64,000 nucleotides of DNA from Acidimicrobiia bacterium (lineage in GTDB: Bacteria > Actinomycetota > Acidimicrobiia > Spongiisociales > ZC4RG35): NCBI GenBank assembly GCA_965215185.1, contig OZ244034.1, forward strand, positions 1,376,001-1,440,000. Reading direction: 5' to 3'. Position numbers and translations under genes: made by a program. Under the pieces are notes generated by a model. It ran no database searches and was not told the DNA's origin. It saw nothing but the letters and a program-made list of their open reading frames with translations. Shown here piece by piece: positions 31,685 through 41,273 of the stretch. Numbering within the stretch: the first letter of the stretch is position 1; every line of letters starts with the position of its first letter.

Positions 31685-32482
31685 TCACAGTCCGAACCGC
31701 TCGGTTACCATGGCGGCAAACCCGATCTCCTTCAGCGCCACGAACATCGCCGGGCGCGGCCCTCGGCGCACCACCACCTCGTCACCCATACCCAAAGAAG
31801 CGGTGTTTCGGCCATCCACCGACACCTGCACCGGCCGATCACGGGTCACCCGACAGCGGATCACCGAATCGGGAGAGAGCACCAGCGAACGGGAGAACAG
31901 TGAATGGGGAGCGACCGGGGTCATCACCAGGGCATCCACCCGGTTGTCCAAGAGCGGACCCCCCGCCGAAAAGCTGTAGGCGGTGGAGCCGGTGGGCGTG
32001 GAAATCACCAGCCCGTCAGCCCGATAGGAGATCATCGGCTCCGAGTCCACCTCCACTTCCAATTCGACCAGCCGCTGGCTGTCGATTTTTTCCACCACCA
32101 CATCGTTCACGCCCACATCGGTGAGCCCGTTCAGTTCGGCGATCACCGTCATCCGAGGGATTAACCGATAGGTTCCCTCCTCCAACAGGTCGAGCGTTTC
32201 AACCATTAGATGAGGATCAGCAGCCGCCAAGAATCCGATCGTCCCCAGATTGAAGCCCAGCACCGGCCGATCCGCCTCCAGCCCCAGTTTTACCGTTCGC
32301 AGCATGGTGCCGTCTCCGCCGGTGGCGATCAACATGTCCAAATGCAGATCAGGAGCGAGATCCTCCCCCTCCTGGCCATCTACCCACACCTGCCAACCAC
32401 GACGGAGTGCTTCGGCCACCAGCTGGTCGGTGAAATCCAGAGCCCTTTTTCGCACCCGGTTGGGCACCACTCCGATTCTCAT
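31685..32482 (-). CDS. nadK: NAD(+) kinase
   Basis: GGDGTML, GFNLGTIGFL, ND and DGLVISTPTGSTAYSFSAGGP; ATGA overlap with tlyA. Confidence 0.95.
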   Translation of the reverse strand: MRIGVVPNRVRKRALDFTDQLVAEALRRGWQVWVDGQEGEDLAPDLHLDMLIATGGDGTMLRTVKLGLEADRPVLGFNLGTIGFLAAADPHLMVETLDLLEEGTYRLIPRMTVIAELNGLTDVGVNDVVVEKIDSQRLVELEVEVDSEPMISYRADGLVISTPTGSTAYSFSAGGPLLDNRVDALVMTPVAPHSLFSRSLVLSPDSVIRCRVTRDRPVQVSVDGRNTASLGMGDEVVVRRGPRPAMFVALKEIGFAAMVTERFGL

Positions 32483-33243
32483 TGCTCCTCCCATCCCGAG
32501 GCTTGCGCTGCTCCTTTCACCGACCAGATGAAAAACTCCCGGTTTCCCGACTTGGCGCCCCGAAGCGGGGAAGCCACCACTCGCCGGGGACCCAATCCTA
32601 CCTGGTGCAGACACTCCCCCACCTTGCGGATCACCTGAGAATGGACCATTGGATCTTTGACCACTCCTCTTTTGCCGACTAGGCGGCGTCCTGCCTCGAA
32701 CTGTGGCTTCACGAGAGTCAAACAATCTGCTCCCTCCAAGGCCAAAGCACTCAACCGGTCAGCCACCGTACACAACGAGATGAAGGATAGGTCGGCCACC
32801 AGAATATCGAAGAGCCCCACATCCGAAGCCTCCACCTGACGAAAGTTGGTCCGATCCCTCACCTCCACCCGGGGATCCTGGGCGAGCCGCGGATGAAGCT
32901 GCCCGTAACCCACATCCACAGCAGTTACCCACCGGGCGCCTCGCTGCAATAGGACATCGGTGAAACCTCCCGTTGAGGCGCCCACATCCATGCACCGCCT
33001 TCCCTCGGGGTCCACCCCCAGCGTCTCCAAAACGTGATCGAGCTTGTCTCCCCCGCGGGAGACAAAGCGAGGGCCGGCAGGGCTGACCACGATGGGGGTA
33101 GCCGTCGCCACCAAAGTGGCGGGCCGCGGGGAGAGTACCCCTTCCACTCGCACCTCGCCCGCAGTGATCAAACGCTGCGCTTCAGTGCGACTTTCCGCTT
33201 GCCCTCTCTCCACCAGTTCATGGTCGAGCCGTCGCCGATTCAG
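32479..33243 (-). CDS. tlyA: TlyA family rRNA methyltransferase
   Basis: RRRLDHELVERG S4 start, FVSRGGDKL, DVGASTGGFTD, DLSFISL, KPQFE and GNREF; apparent CTG start at 33243. Confidence 0.93.
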   Translation of the reverse strand: MNRRRLDHELVERGQAESRTEAQRLITAGEVRVEGVLSPRPATLVATATPIVVSPAGPRFVSRGGDKLDHVLETLGVDPEGRRCMDVGASTGGFTDVLLQRGARWVTAVDVGYGQLHPRLAQDPRVEVRDRTNFRQVEASDVGLFDILVADLSFISLCTVADRLSALALEGADCLTLVKPQFEAGRRLVGKRGVVKDPMVHSQVIRKVGECLHQVGLGPRRVVASPLRGAKSGNREFFIWSVKGAAQASGWEEQ

Positions 33244-33436
33244 CTTGTCCTCCCCTCCCTCCCTCCAACAACTCCTCCAACAGGTCCGCCAACCGCTCAG
33301 CAGTGCCCAGCGCCTCGACGGGCTCGGCCTCCCTCAGCTCCCCGAGGGCGTGCCGAGCCTCCTCCAGCCGCGCATTGGACTCCGAGGCCCGAGGCGCGCC
33401 GGACGGGACATCCACCGGAAGAGTCTGGTCTTTCAC
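33218..33436 (-). CDS. Small hypothetical protein upstream of tlyA
   Basis: GTG-started acidic helical ORF overlapping the tlyA start. Confidence 0.45.
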   Translation of the reverse strand: MKDQTLPVDVPSGAPRASESNARLEEARHALGELREAEPVEALGTAERLADLLEELLEGGRGGQAESATARP

Positions 33437-33485
33437 ATCCCTGATTATGGCAATATCTGGTGAGCCATCACCACCCAATAGCGGC

Positions 33486-34322
33486 TCAGGTATCCGAAGA
33501 CCACCAGAGGGTGGCGAACGAACGCGGGCCTTCATCGACATAGAGGCGGTCGTTCCTCTCCACCACATGTTCCTCCAGAAGCGGACGAAGTTCGCCCCGT
33601 CTGGCTCGGGGAACCACCACTCTCTTTCCGTAGTAATCCACAATCTCTTCCCAGGTCAGAAACCACAGGTCGGGAGCACGTTCCCATCGCACCACCCCCA
33701 CCTCGGCGCCCAACTCGCCCACGATGATCTCCACGAGGTGCTCCACCGAGGGACCTTCGGGGCGGTCCAGGTCATGGATGGCCCGATACAGGTAATTCAT
33801 TTTTGTCCAGGGGTGGACGTCGGTCATCTCCACCACCGCTCCCCGGCGGCAGTGGTGGCCCAGGGCCCTGATGAAGGGAGCGATCTTCGGCACGTCGTAC
33901 ACAACATGGCTCGACAACACCACATCGGCCATCGGCGCCTTATCCGCTGCCTCCGGGAAGGCGCCAACCACCACTTCCACATCCAATCCTTCCGAGCGCA
34001 CCTCCTCCAACAGACCGGCGGCCATACCGGGATTCTTTTCCACGGCCGTCACCCGGTGTCCAGCTCGGGCAAAGGGAAGACAACTTCGACCGGTCCCCGC
34101 TCCCACATCGATCAGCGTCCCGTCGGCGCCCAGCATTTCCGATACCACCGAAGTGGTGGGAGTGCTCTCCTGCCGGGAGCGGCTTTCCTGGGTGCGACGC
34201 CTCCACAACTCGGCCGGCCAACCGTAGGGCGACTCCTCCGCCTGCTCCAATAGCCGGTTGGGAATGGCCCAAGCCTCCAACTCCGCTTTCCATCGAGCAG
34301 CCGCAGAGGTGGAAGAAGCCAT
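33486..34322 (-). CDS. Class I SAM-dependent methyltransferase
   Basis: LIDVGAGTG motif I; ADVVLSSHVVYDV. Confidence 0.88.
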   Translation of the reverse strand: MASSTSAAARWKAELEAWAIPNRLLEQAEESPYGWPAELWRRRTQESRSRQESTPTTSVVSEMLGADGTLIDVGAGTGRSCLPFARAGHRVTAVEKNPGMAAGLLEEVRSEGLDVEVVVGAFPEAADKAPMADVVLSSHVVYDVPKIAPFIRALGHHCRRGAVVEMTDVHPWTKMNYLYRAIHDLDRPEGPSVEHLVEIIVGELGAEVGVVRWERAPDLWFLTWEEIVDYYGKRVVVPRARRGELRPLLEEHVVERNDRLYVDEGPRSFATLWWSSDT

Positions 34323-34330
34323 ACCAACGC

Positions 34331-35188
34331 CTAGGCGGGACGCTCTCCGCATCCGGTGAACAGATCATCCTCCCGATATGGGCATTCAACTCTGCTGAAT
34401 ATCCGCAGAAAGGTCTCCCTTCCCACTATCTCGGGCAAGAGATCCTCGGGCACCGACATCCACGACCAGTCGGCGGGGACTTGGCTGCGATGGGCTTTCA
34501 GCGCCGCCATTTTGACGGATACCCGTTCGCCGACATCCACCGTGCAGGTGACATCCTCATCGGGAGTTCCGGCATGATGGGCCCGCTCGAATTCTTCCTC
34601 GGTCATATCTCCGCGGGCGAACTGGAGCTTGGCATAGTTGACGATCCTGCTCCTGGGCCACACCGACCAATAGAGTTTGATCGGCTCCCACAACTCCTCA
34701 CCGTCCTCCAGGGGAAAACGCCCCAGATCGGAGGCGCCGAAGAAGGCGGCCGTTCCCACGCGGTGGACATTGATGTGATCGGGGTGGCCGTATCCGCCGA
34801 AGGAATCATAGACGGTCATCACCTCCGGCCGGTAACGGCGAATCAATCTCACCAGCCGGGCAACTGCCTCCATGAAATCGGCCTGCCAGAAGCAATCGGG
34901 ATGGGAATTGGCTTCGGTTCCCATCATCCCCGAGTCGCGGTAGCCCAGGAAAGAATGATGCTCCACCCCCAGGATGGAGAGCGCCTCGGCCAACTCGGCC
35001 GCTCTCACCTCCACCAGCCGAGCGGCAATCTCCTCGGGGTTGCCATAGTTGTGGACCTCCCCCTCGGCGCCGTCGGTAGCGGTCACCACCACCACCTGCT
35101 CTCCCGCCTCTGCATACTTGCTCAGCACACCACCAGTGGACAGCACCTCATCATCAGGATGAGCATGAAACGCCAACAGACCCGACAC
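34331..35188 (-). CDS. PIG-L family deacetylase (MshB/Mca-like)
   Basis: HAHPDDE, LGYRDSGMMG, GGYGHPDH and AHRSQ motifs. Confidence 0.9.
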   Translation of the reverse strand: MSGLLAFHAHPDDEVLSTGGVLSKYAEAGEQVVVVTATDGAEGEVHNYGNPEEIAARLVEVRAAELAEALSILGVEHHSFLGYRDSGMMGTEANSHPDCFWQADFMEAVARLVRLIRRYRPEVMTVYDSFGGYGHPDHINVHRVGTAAFFGASDLGRFPLEDGEELWEPIKLYWSVWPRSRIVNYAKLQFARGDMTEEEFERAHHAGTPDEDVTCTVDVGERVSVKMAALKAHRSQVPADWSWMSVPEDLLPEIVGRETFLRIFSRVECPYREDDLFTGCGERPA

Positions 35189-35425
35189 GCCAGCCCACAA
35201 TAGCACCGTAGGGAACGCCGAAAACTGCCCCTTTCCGGGGCCGACCAGCGGCCCGGGACCATTCACTGTCCGGGTTAGCCCCGGCGTGCCATCTTCTTAG
35301 AAGCTACCCCGGGCCTTTCAACCGGAGCCGACGTTTGAAACCCTCAGCCATTGAAAGTGCTCGAAAGGCATCGCTTTGTCACACCGGGACGGCAATATGC
35401 TGAAGATGGAAGTCGGACCAACATC

Positions 35426-35533
35426 ATGAGAGAGGTTTATCTCGGCTACAACGCTTCCGCGCCCCCTAATCACCACCTGCTTGGGGAGATGCTCTCAATG
35501 CCGGAGGACAGGTGGGGGCCTTCCTCCGCTCAG
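35426..35533 (+). pseudogene. 5' remnant of a cysteine desulfurase (IscS/NifS-like)
   Basis: MREVYLGYNASAP......EML.....WG-PSS resembles the family N-terminus YLDYNATTP...ML.....GNPSS; similarity ends after ~36 codons. Confidence 0.5.
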
Positions 35534-35871
35534 GTTCTTCTCCCAGTGGCGCCTTCGCCACCACCTCCTCTCACGAGGATGTCACTCCTATCTTCGGGAA
35601 CCATTTGATCTAGTTTGATAGCCGCATCTCTAACAGGGACAGAACACAAATATTTGACCTGTTCCTCCACAGAAAGCCGAAGAAACAACGCATCGAAGGC
35701 CGTGTCCAAGTCGGAAACTTCCCGTTGAGTGGGACGCCGCCCTATCTGGGTGTCGGAGGGATTATGAGCCGCATCCAGCATCTCACCCAGTTTTTCCGTG
35801 GAAAACAAGGGTTCACCAGAGACGGCGCAACGCCTACGCCTATCTAGGTCATTCCTATCGCACTCGCTCAT
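35530..35871 (-). CDS. Hypothetical protein
   Basis: 113-aa ATG ORF in a lower-GC patch; no recognised motif. Confidence 0.4.
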   Translation of the reverse strand: MSECDRNDLDRRRRCAVSGEPLFSTEKLGEMLDAAHNPSDTQIGRRPTQREVSDLDTAFDALFLRLSVEEQVKYLCSVPVRDAAIKLDQMVPEDRSDILVRGGGGEGATGRRT

Positions 35872-36204
35872 GTCGCGTCAACATAGCGAGCCCCAAGCAG
35901 CCCCTCCGCCACCCGACGAGCATCACCAACAGTTGGCGCCAGACTCGTCGTTTCCTCAATCACAACCAACAAATGTACCATCAGCCCCCCCCTCCCCGGC
36001 CGCCAAGAACAATTATCGGGGGGGAGAAAATGGATGCATCTCAGGCTGGGATGCATCCGACTGTTCAGGTAGCAGCCTGCGGTTTGTTGTCGGGGCCCGG
36101 ACCCGATGTCGAGACCCGTCCTTCCTCCCCACCATCCCAAGCCAGCCCCTGCCAAAAGGGCATTGGTTCCCCGGGCTTGTAATATCTCTGCCATAGCCGA
36201 CACG

Positions 36205-38283
36205 ATGTACCAGGTTCTTCGATCCGATGGGGCTGTAGCCCTGCCCGAGGTGGCCGCGAGCTACTCGCCCGAGCTTCTTAAACGTCTCTATGCCGAGATG
36301 GTGGCTGGGCGGACGTTGGACCGTCGCATGATCGCCATGCAAAGACAGGGCCGGATGGGAACCTTTGCCCCCATGGAGGGCCAAGAGGCGATATCTGTTG
36401 GATCGGCGCTGGCTCTTCAACCCGAGGATTGGGTTTTCCCCTCCTACCGGGAGCACTCCGCGGTGCTCGCCAAGGGACTACCCCTAAAGACACTTATGGA
36501 GTTCTACCGGGGTCATGGTTACGCCAACTGGGATGTCCGCCGCCTCGGAGTCGGCCTCTACACCATTCCCATCGCAACTCATCTCCCCCACGCCGTGGGA
36601 CGCGCCTACTACGCACAGCTGCGTGGCGACAAAGGCGTAACCGCCGTCTACTTCGGTGATGGCGCCACCTCGGCTTCCGACTTCCATTCCGGCATGAACT
36701 TCGCCGGGGTGTGGAATCTGCCGGTGGTCTTCATCTGCTCCAATAATCAGTACGCCATCTCTTTGCCCTTCCGCTCCCAGACTGCGGCGGAGACCATCTC
36801 GCAAAAAGCCATTGCTTACGGCTTTCCCGGCGTCCGGGTGGACGGCATGGATGCGCTGGCTGTCCATTCTGCAGTGAGCAAAGCCGCCCAACGGGCCCGA
36901 GACGGTAGGGGCCCCACCCTGATCGAGGCGGTCAGCTATCGGTTCGGTCCCCATGCCACCGCCGACGACCCCCGACGCTACCGGTCCGCTGAAGAAGAAG
37001 CCTCTTGGCGGACGCTGGACCCCCTGATCCGCATGCGCCTTCATCTGGAGAACACCGGCCTGTGGGACAACCGTCTCGAGGAGGAGGCCATCGCCGGGAT
37101 CAAAACGGCCATAGACGAGGTCATGGAGGAACTCGAAGCCCGGCCTCTCCCCTACAGAGGCCGGGCGATAACTCAAGTATACAAGCGCATTCCCGCGGCT
37201 CTGGCCGACCAGTTCCACAATTCCCAAAAGGCGCACGATCGGCCGCTCAGTGACCTCTCAGCGATGATCTGGCCAATCGGAGAAGACTCGCCTCCCGATC
37301 CCGAGCCGTCGGAGCATTGGAACATGGCCCAGGCGATCAACGCCGCTTTGGGCGAGGCGATGGACCGCTATCCCGAGGCGATCATCCTGGGCGAGGACGT
37401 GGGACGTACCGGCGGGGTATTCCGCATCACCGAGGACCTGCAGATCAAATACGGCGCCGAGCGGGTGATCGACACCCCGCTGTCCGAGACGGGAATCGTT
37501 GGCGCCGCCATCGGAATGGCCATCGCTGGCGCTCGGCCCATTGTGGAGATCCAGTTCGACGGCTTCCTTTACAACTGCTTCGAGCAGATCGCCACCCATC
37601 TCTCCCGCATGCGCTACCGCACCCAGGGCGGGCTGGACCTGCCCATGGTGGTGCGTTTCCCCAACGGTGGAGGCATAAACGCGCACGAGTTCCACAACGA
37701 AAGTCCCGAGGCGCTTTTCTGTCACCTCCCCGGGATGGTGGTGGTTTGTCCCTCCACGCCCACCGACGCCAAGGGTCTGTTGGCGGCGGCCATCGACTCT
37801 CCGGACCCGGTGATCTTCGCCGAGCCCAAGGTGCTCTACCGGGCGGGCCGGGAATCGGTCCCCAGCAGTTATTACACCATACCCCTCGGCCGGGCCGCCA
37901 CCCGGCGAGTGGGCACCGACGTGACGGTCGTCACCTACGGTGGGATGGTCCCGGTGGCGCTTCGAGCCGCCGCCCAGATGGAGGCCGAGGCTTCGGTGGA
38001 GGTGATCGATCTTCGCACCCTCTACCCGTGGGACAGAGATGCAGTGCTCTCTTCGGTGAGCCGCACCGGACGTTTGGTGATTGTGCAGGAGCCGCCCCAC
38101 ACCGCCGGGATGGCGGCCGAGATCTCCGCCACGGTGGCCGAGGAGGCCATTTACGACCTGGCCGCGCCGGTGGTGAGGGTCACCGGCTTCGATGCGCCGC
38201 TTCCGCCCTTCGCATTCGAGTCCTACGGGGTGTTGGCCGTGCCCGATGTGACCGCCGGCATTATGCGGGCCCTGGCTGACTGA
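36205..38283 (+). CDS. 2-oxoacid dehydrogenase E1, fused alpha+beta subunits
   Basis: Alpha motifs GQEA, YREH, GDGATS..NNQYAIS and HATADD; beta motifs GEDVG..GGVFRIT, DTPLSE, EIQF and EPK; one ORF. Confidence 0.93.
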   Translation: MYQVLRSDGAVALPEVAASYSPELLKRLYAEMVAGRTLDRRMIAMQRQGRMGTFAPMEGQEAISVGSALALQPEDWVFPSYREHSAVLAKGLPLKTLMEFYRGHGYANWDVRRLGVGLYTIPIATHLPHAVGRAYYAQLRGDKGVTAVYFGDGATSASDFHSGMNFAGVWNLPVVFICSNNQYAISLPFRSQTAAETISQKAIAYGFPGVRVDGMDALAVHSAVSKAAQRARDGRGPTLIEAVSYRFGPHATADDPRRYRSAEEEASWRTLDPLIRMRLHLENTGLWDNRLEEEAIAGIKTAIDEVMEELEARPLPYRGRAITQVYKRIPAALADQFHNSQKAHDRPLSDLSAMIWPIGEDSPPDPEPSEHWNMAQAINAALGEAMDRYPEAIILGEDVGRTGGVFRITEDLQIKYGAERVIDTPLSETGIVGAAIGMAIAGARPIVEIQFDGFLYNCFEQIATHLSRMRYRTQGGLDLPMVVRFPNGGGINAHEFHNESPEALFCHLPGMVVVCPSTPTDAKGLLAAAIDSPDPVIFAEPKVLYRAGRESVPSSYYTIPLGRAATRRVGTDVTVVTYGGMVPVALRAAAQMEAEASVEVIDLRTLYPWDRDAVLSSVSRTGRLVIVQEPPHTAGMAAEISATVAEEAIYDLAAPVVRVTGFDAPLPPFAFESYGVLAVPDVTAGIMRALAD

Positions 38284-38834
38284 TGGGTGAATCCCCGGTC
38301 GTCACGGTGTTCGGCGCCTCGGCTCTCAAGCCCGACCAGCCCGGCTGGGAAGCAGCCCGCCGACTGGGACAGATATTGGCGGAAGCGGGTGCCCGAGTCG
38401 CAACCGGAGGTTATGGAGGCACCATGGAGGCGGTGTCGGAGGGAGCGGCCGCAGGCGGAGCAGAGGTGATCGGAGTGACTGCTCCTCACTTGTTCTCCCA
38501 CCGGGCAGGCCCAAACCGCTTCGTCCGCACCGAGATCCCTGCTCACGACATTTACGAGCGCGACCGATATCTGTTGGAACTGGCCTCGGCCACTATTACT
38601 CTTCCCGGCAGCATTGGCACCATCGTCGAATTCGCCGAAGCCTGGAGGGGAGCATCTCTGTCTCCACCAGCACAACGCAAGCCGCATGTGGCGGTGGGAG
38701 AGAGATTCATGAGATTGGCGGAGTTGATGGTTGCGCAGTTTGGCGCCGATCCGAAAGTGATGATCTGCGTGTCCACCGTCGAGGAGGCCGCTCGAATCGT
38801 GCTGGAACGCCTGGGCTTGGAGCATCCGTCATGA
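38283..38834 (+). CDS. LOG/SLOG family protein
   Basis: TGGYGGTMEAVSEGA and PGSIGT..E motifs; coupled to the E1 stop. Confidence 0.85.
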   Translation: MGESPVVTVFGASALKPDQPGWEAARRLGQILAEAGARVATGGYGGTMEAVSEGAAAGGAEVIGVTAPHLFSHRAGPNRFVRTEIPAHDIYERDRYLLELASATITLPGSIGTIVEFAEAWRGASLSPPAQRKPHVAVGERFMRLAELMVAQFGADPKVMICVSTVEEAARIVLERLGLEHPS

Positions 38835-39706
38835 ACGGCACGATCCGAGCGGCGGGCGGAGTGGTGTTCCGATTCTCCCCCCAGGGGGAGCCCGAGGTGT
38901 TGGTGGTGCACCGTCCCCGCTACGACGACTGGTCGCTGCCCAAGGGGAAAAGCGACCCTGGAGAGAACTGGCAGACCACGGCCATTCGGGAGGTGTGGGA
39001 GGAGACCAGCTACCGGTGCCGGGTGATCGCTCGACTCGGACGGCACGAATACATGTACGGGGACATGTGGAAACAGGTCGATTACTACGCCATGACGTCC
39101 TGGTCACACACGGGCTTTCAACCCGGATCGGAAGTGGACGCCATCCGATGGATTTCCCTCTCAGAAGTCGGACTGCTCACCTACACCCACGACCGTCGGC
39201 TTGTGAAAGACACCGACTACCAGATCTTGGGATCGGCCAAGACCCTATTCGTGGTTCGCCACGCGGCCGCGGGAAGTCGACAGCGCTGGACCGACCCCGA
39301 CTACATCCGGCCTCTCACCAAGAAGGGCTGGCGGCAAGCGCACGCCTTGGCCGATCGCCTGGCTCCCGAAGGGATAGAACGGCTGCTGTCGAGCCCCTAT
39401 GTGCGGTGCATGCAGACCCTCGAGCCGCTGGGAGAGAAGTTGGGAATCCCTGTCGAGGCGCATCCGGCGCTGGCCGAGGGGGGAGGCGGGCACGCCACCT
39501 TACAACTTCTCGATGAACTCTCGAACTGCAACGCTGCGCTCTCCAGCCACGGAGATGTAATCCCCTCCACCATCTTCGCGCTGGCCGACGCCGGAACGGA
39601 ACTGTCAGACCCTATCTACTTCTGTAAGAAGGGATCGATTTGGGCGGTGAACATCATCGCAGGGGAGGCGACGTCCGCCCACTACGAGCCTCCGCCGAAG
39701 GTGTAG
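38831..39706 (+). CDS. NUDIX + histidine phosphatase fusion (MutT1-like)
   Basis: HRPRYDDWSLPKGK..REVWEET Nudix box, then VRHA..SSPYVRCMQT..SHG. Confidence 0.88.
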   Translation: MNGTIRAAGGVVFRFSPQGEPEVLVVHRPRYDDWSLPKGKSDPGENWQTTAIREVWEETSYRCRVIARLGRHEYMYGDMWKQVDYYAMTSWSHTGFQPGSEVDAIRWISLSEVGLLTYTHDRRLVKDTDYQILGSAKTLFVVRHAAAGSRQRWTDPDYIRPLTKKGWRQAHALADRLAPEGIERLLSSPYVRCMQTLEPLGEKLGIPVEAHPALAEGGGGHATLQLLDELSNCNAALSSHGDVIPSTIFALADAGTELSDPIYFCKKGSIWAVNIIAGEATSAHYEPPPKV

Positions 39707-39798
39707 GCCAGCCCGGCAGCCCGGACGGGCCCTCCAACCCGGATCAGCGCCCCCTCGGGCGCCGCTTGGCAGGGTCGGTATAATCTGGCGAGCGCTCT

Positions 39799-40476
39799 AT
39801 GGCATCCGGACAGACCACACTTCGAAGAACCTCACTCGGCCTGCAGATATCCCAGGAGTTGCGTCGGCAAATCCTGTTCGGACACCTCAATCCCGGCACT
39901 CCCCTCACCCAGCAGGACTTGTGCGAGCGGTTCGGGACCAGCCGCATGCCGGTCAGAGACGCCATCAACATGCTGGTGATGGACGGCTTGGCCACTCGCC
40001 CCAACAATCGAGACGCGGTGGTGGCCGACATCACTTTGGAGGACATTCTCGATGCGTTCGAAGTGAACGCCCATCTTCACGCCTTGGCGGCGGTGCGAGC
40101 CACAACCAGGGGGACACCCGATGAACGCAACCGGCTGCAGAACATCCATGACGAGATGGGCAAAGCGGTCAAGAACGGCGACTTGCCCAAGAGCGCGGAG
40201 TTGAATGGTCGCTTTCATCGCCAACTCAACCGCATGTCGCACTCCAACCCGATCATTACCGCTCTCAAACGGGTAACCGCTTTCGTTCCCGACGACTTCG
40301 TGAAAGAAGCACCGGACTACGCCTTCCGGGGCTACCAGGAACACGAGTCAATCATGAGCGCCTTCCTGGCCGGCGAGAAAGAACAGCTCTATCAGATGAT
40401 CACTCACCATGTGATGTCAGTGGCCGATCATCTCGTCGAATTGCTCTCCAACCATAGGCGGGAACCCGTCTCCTAG
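39799..40476 (+). CDS. GntR family regulator (FCD/FadR type)
   Basis: LCERFGTSRMPVRDA HTH; FCD motifs N..FH and EH..I. Confidence 0.9.
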   Translation: MASGQTTLRRTSLGLQISQELRRQILFGHLNPGTPLTQQDLCERFGTSRMPVRDAINMLVMDGLATRPNNRDAVVADITLEDILDAFEVNAHLHALAAVRATTRGTPDERNRLQNIHDEMGKAVKNGDLPKSAELNGRFHRQLNRMSHSNPIITALKRVTAFVPDDFVKEAPDYAFRGYQEHESIMSAFLAGEKEQLYQMITHHVMSVADHLVELLSNHRREPVS

Positions 40477-40520
40477 CCCGCACCTGAGGCGATTTCAAAT
40501 AGAGTCGCCATCCGGCAAGA

Positions 40521-41273
40521 ATGCCAATCATGTCATCAAACCAACACGGCGAGCCCGCCGTTCGGATGGTTGACGGCGTCAAGATCTACGGAGAGGGAGA
40601 AACCGCCGTCAGGGCACTTAGGGGGGTTTCGCTTCGGATCGAACGGGGCCAGTTCACCGCCATCATGGGCCCTTCCGGATCGGGCAAGTCAACTCTTTTG
40701 CACACATTGGCCGGATTGGACACCCTGGAGGGCGGCGAGGTGTTCATCGACGGGACCGCGCTCTCCACCCTCAAGGATCGTGATCTGACGCTTCTCCGGC
40801 GAGAGAAGGTGGGCTTTGTGTTCCAAACCTTCAACTTGATTCCCACTCTTGACGCCGAGGAGAACATTCTGCTGCCGCTCTCTATCGCCCGACAGGACGT
40901 GGAGCGGGACTGGTTCGACCAGATTGTGCAGACGCTGGGCCTTGACGACCGCCTCACCCACCTTCCTAGCCAACTGTCCGGTGGACAGCAGCAACGGGTG
41001 GCCGTGGCCCGGGCGCTGATCTCGCGTCCCATCATCGTTTGCGCCGATGAGCCCACCGGCAACCTCGACTCTCGGGCCTCTGACGAACTGTTGGGCTTTA
41101 TCAGAGAGGCGGTGGATGAGATCGGACAGACGGTGGTGATGGTCACCCATGATCCCACCGTCGCCGCCTACGCCGACCAGGTGGTCTTCCTCGAAGACGG
41201 AAAGATCACGGACCAAATGGCTGATCCCAACGCCGAAGCTATCTTCGACTATCTGAAGTCTCAGGGCGACTAG
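40521..41273 (+). CDS. ABC exporter ATP-binding protein (LolD/MacB-like)
   Basis: GPSGSGKST, LSGGQQQR and ADEPTGNLD motifs. Confidence 0.95.
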   Translation: MPIMSSNQHGEPAVRMVDGVKIYGEGETAVRALRGVSLRIERGQFTAIMGPSGSGKSTLLHTLAGLDTLEGGEVFIDGTALSTLKDRDLTLLRREKVGFVFQTFNLIPTLDAEENILLPLSIARQDVERDWFDQIVQTLGLDDRLTHLPSQLSGGQQQRVAVARALISRPIIVCADEPTGNLDSRASDELLGFIREAVDEIGQTVVMVTHDPTVAAYADQVVFLEDGKITDQMADPNAEAIFDYLKSQGD

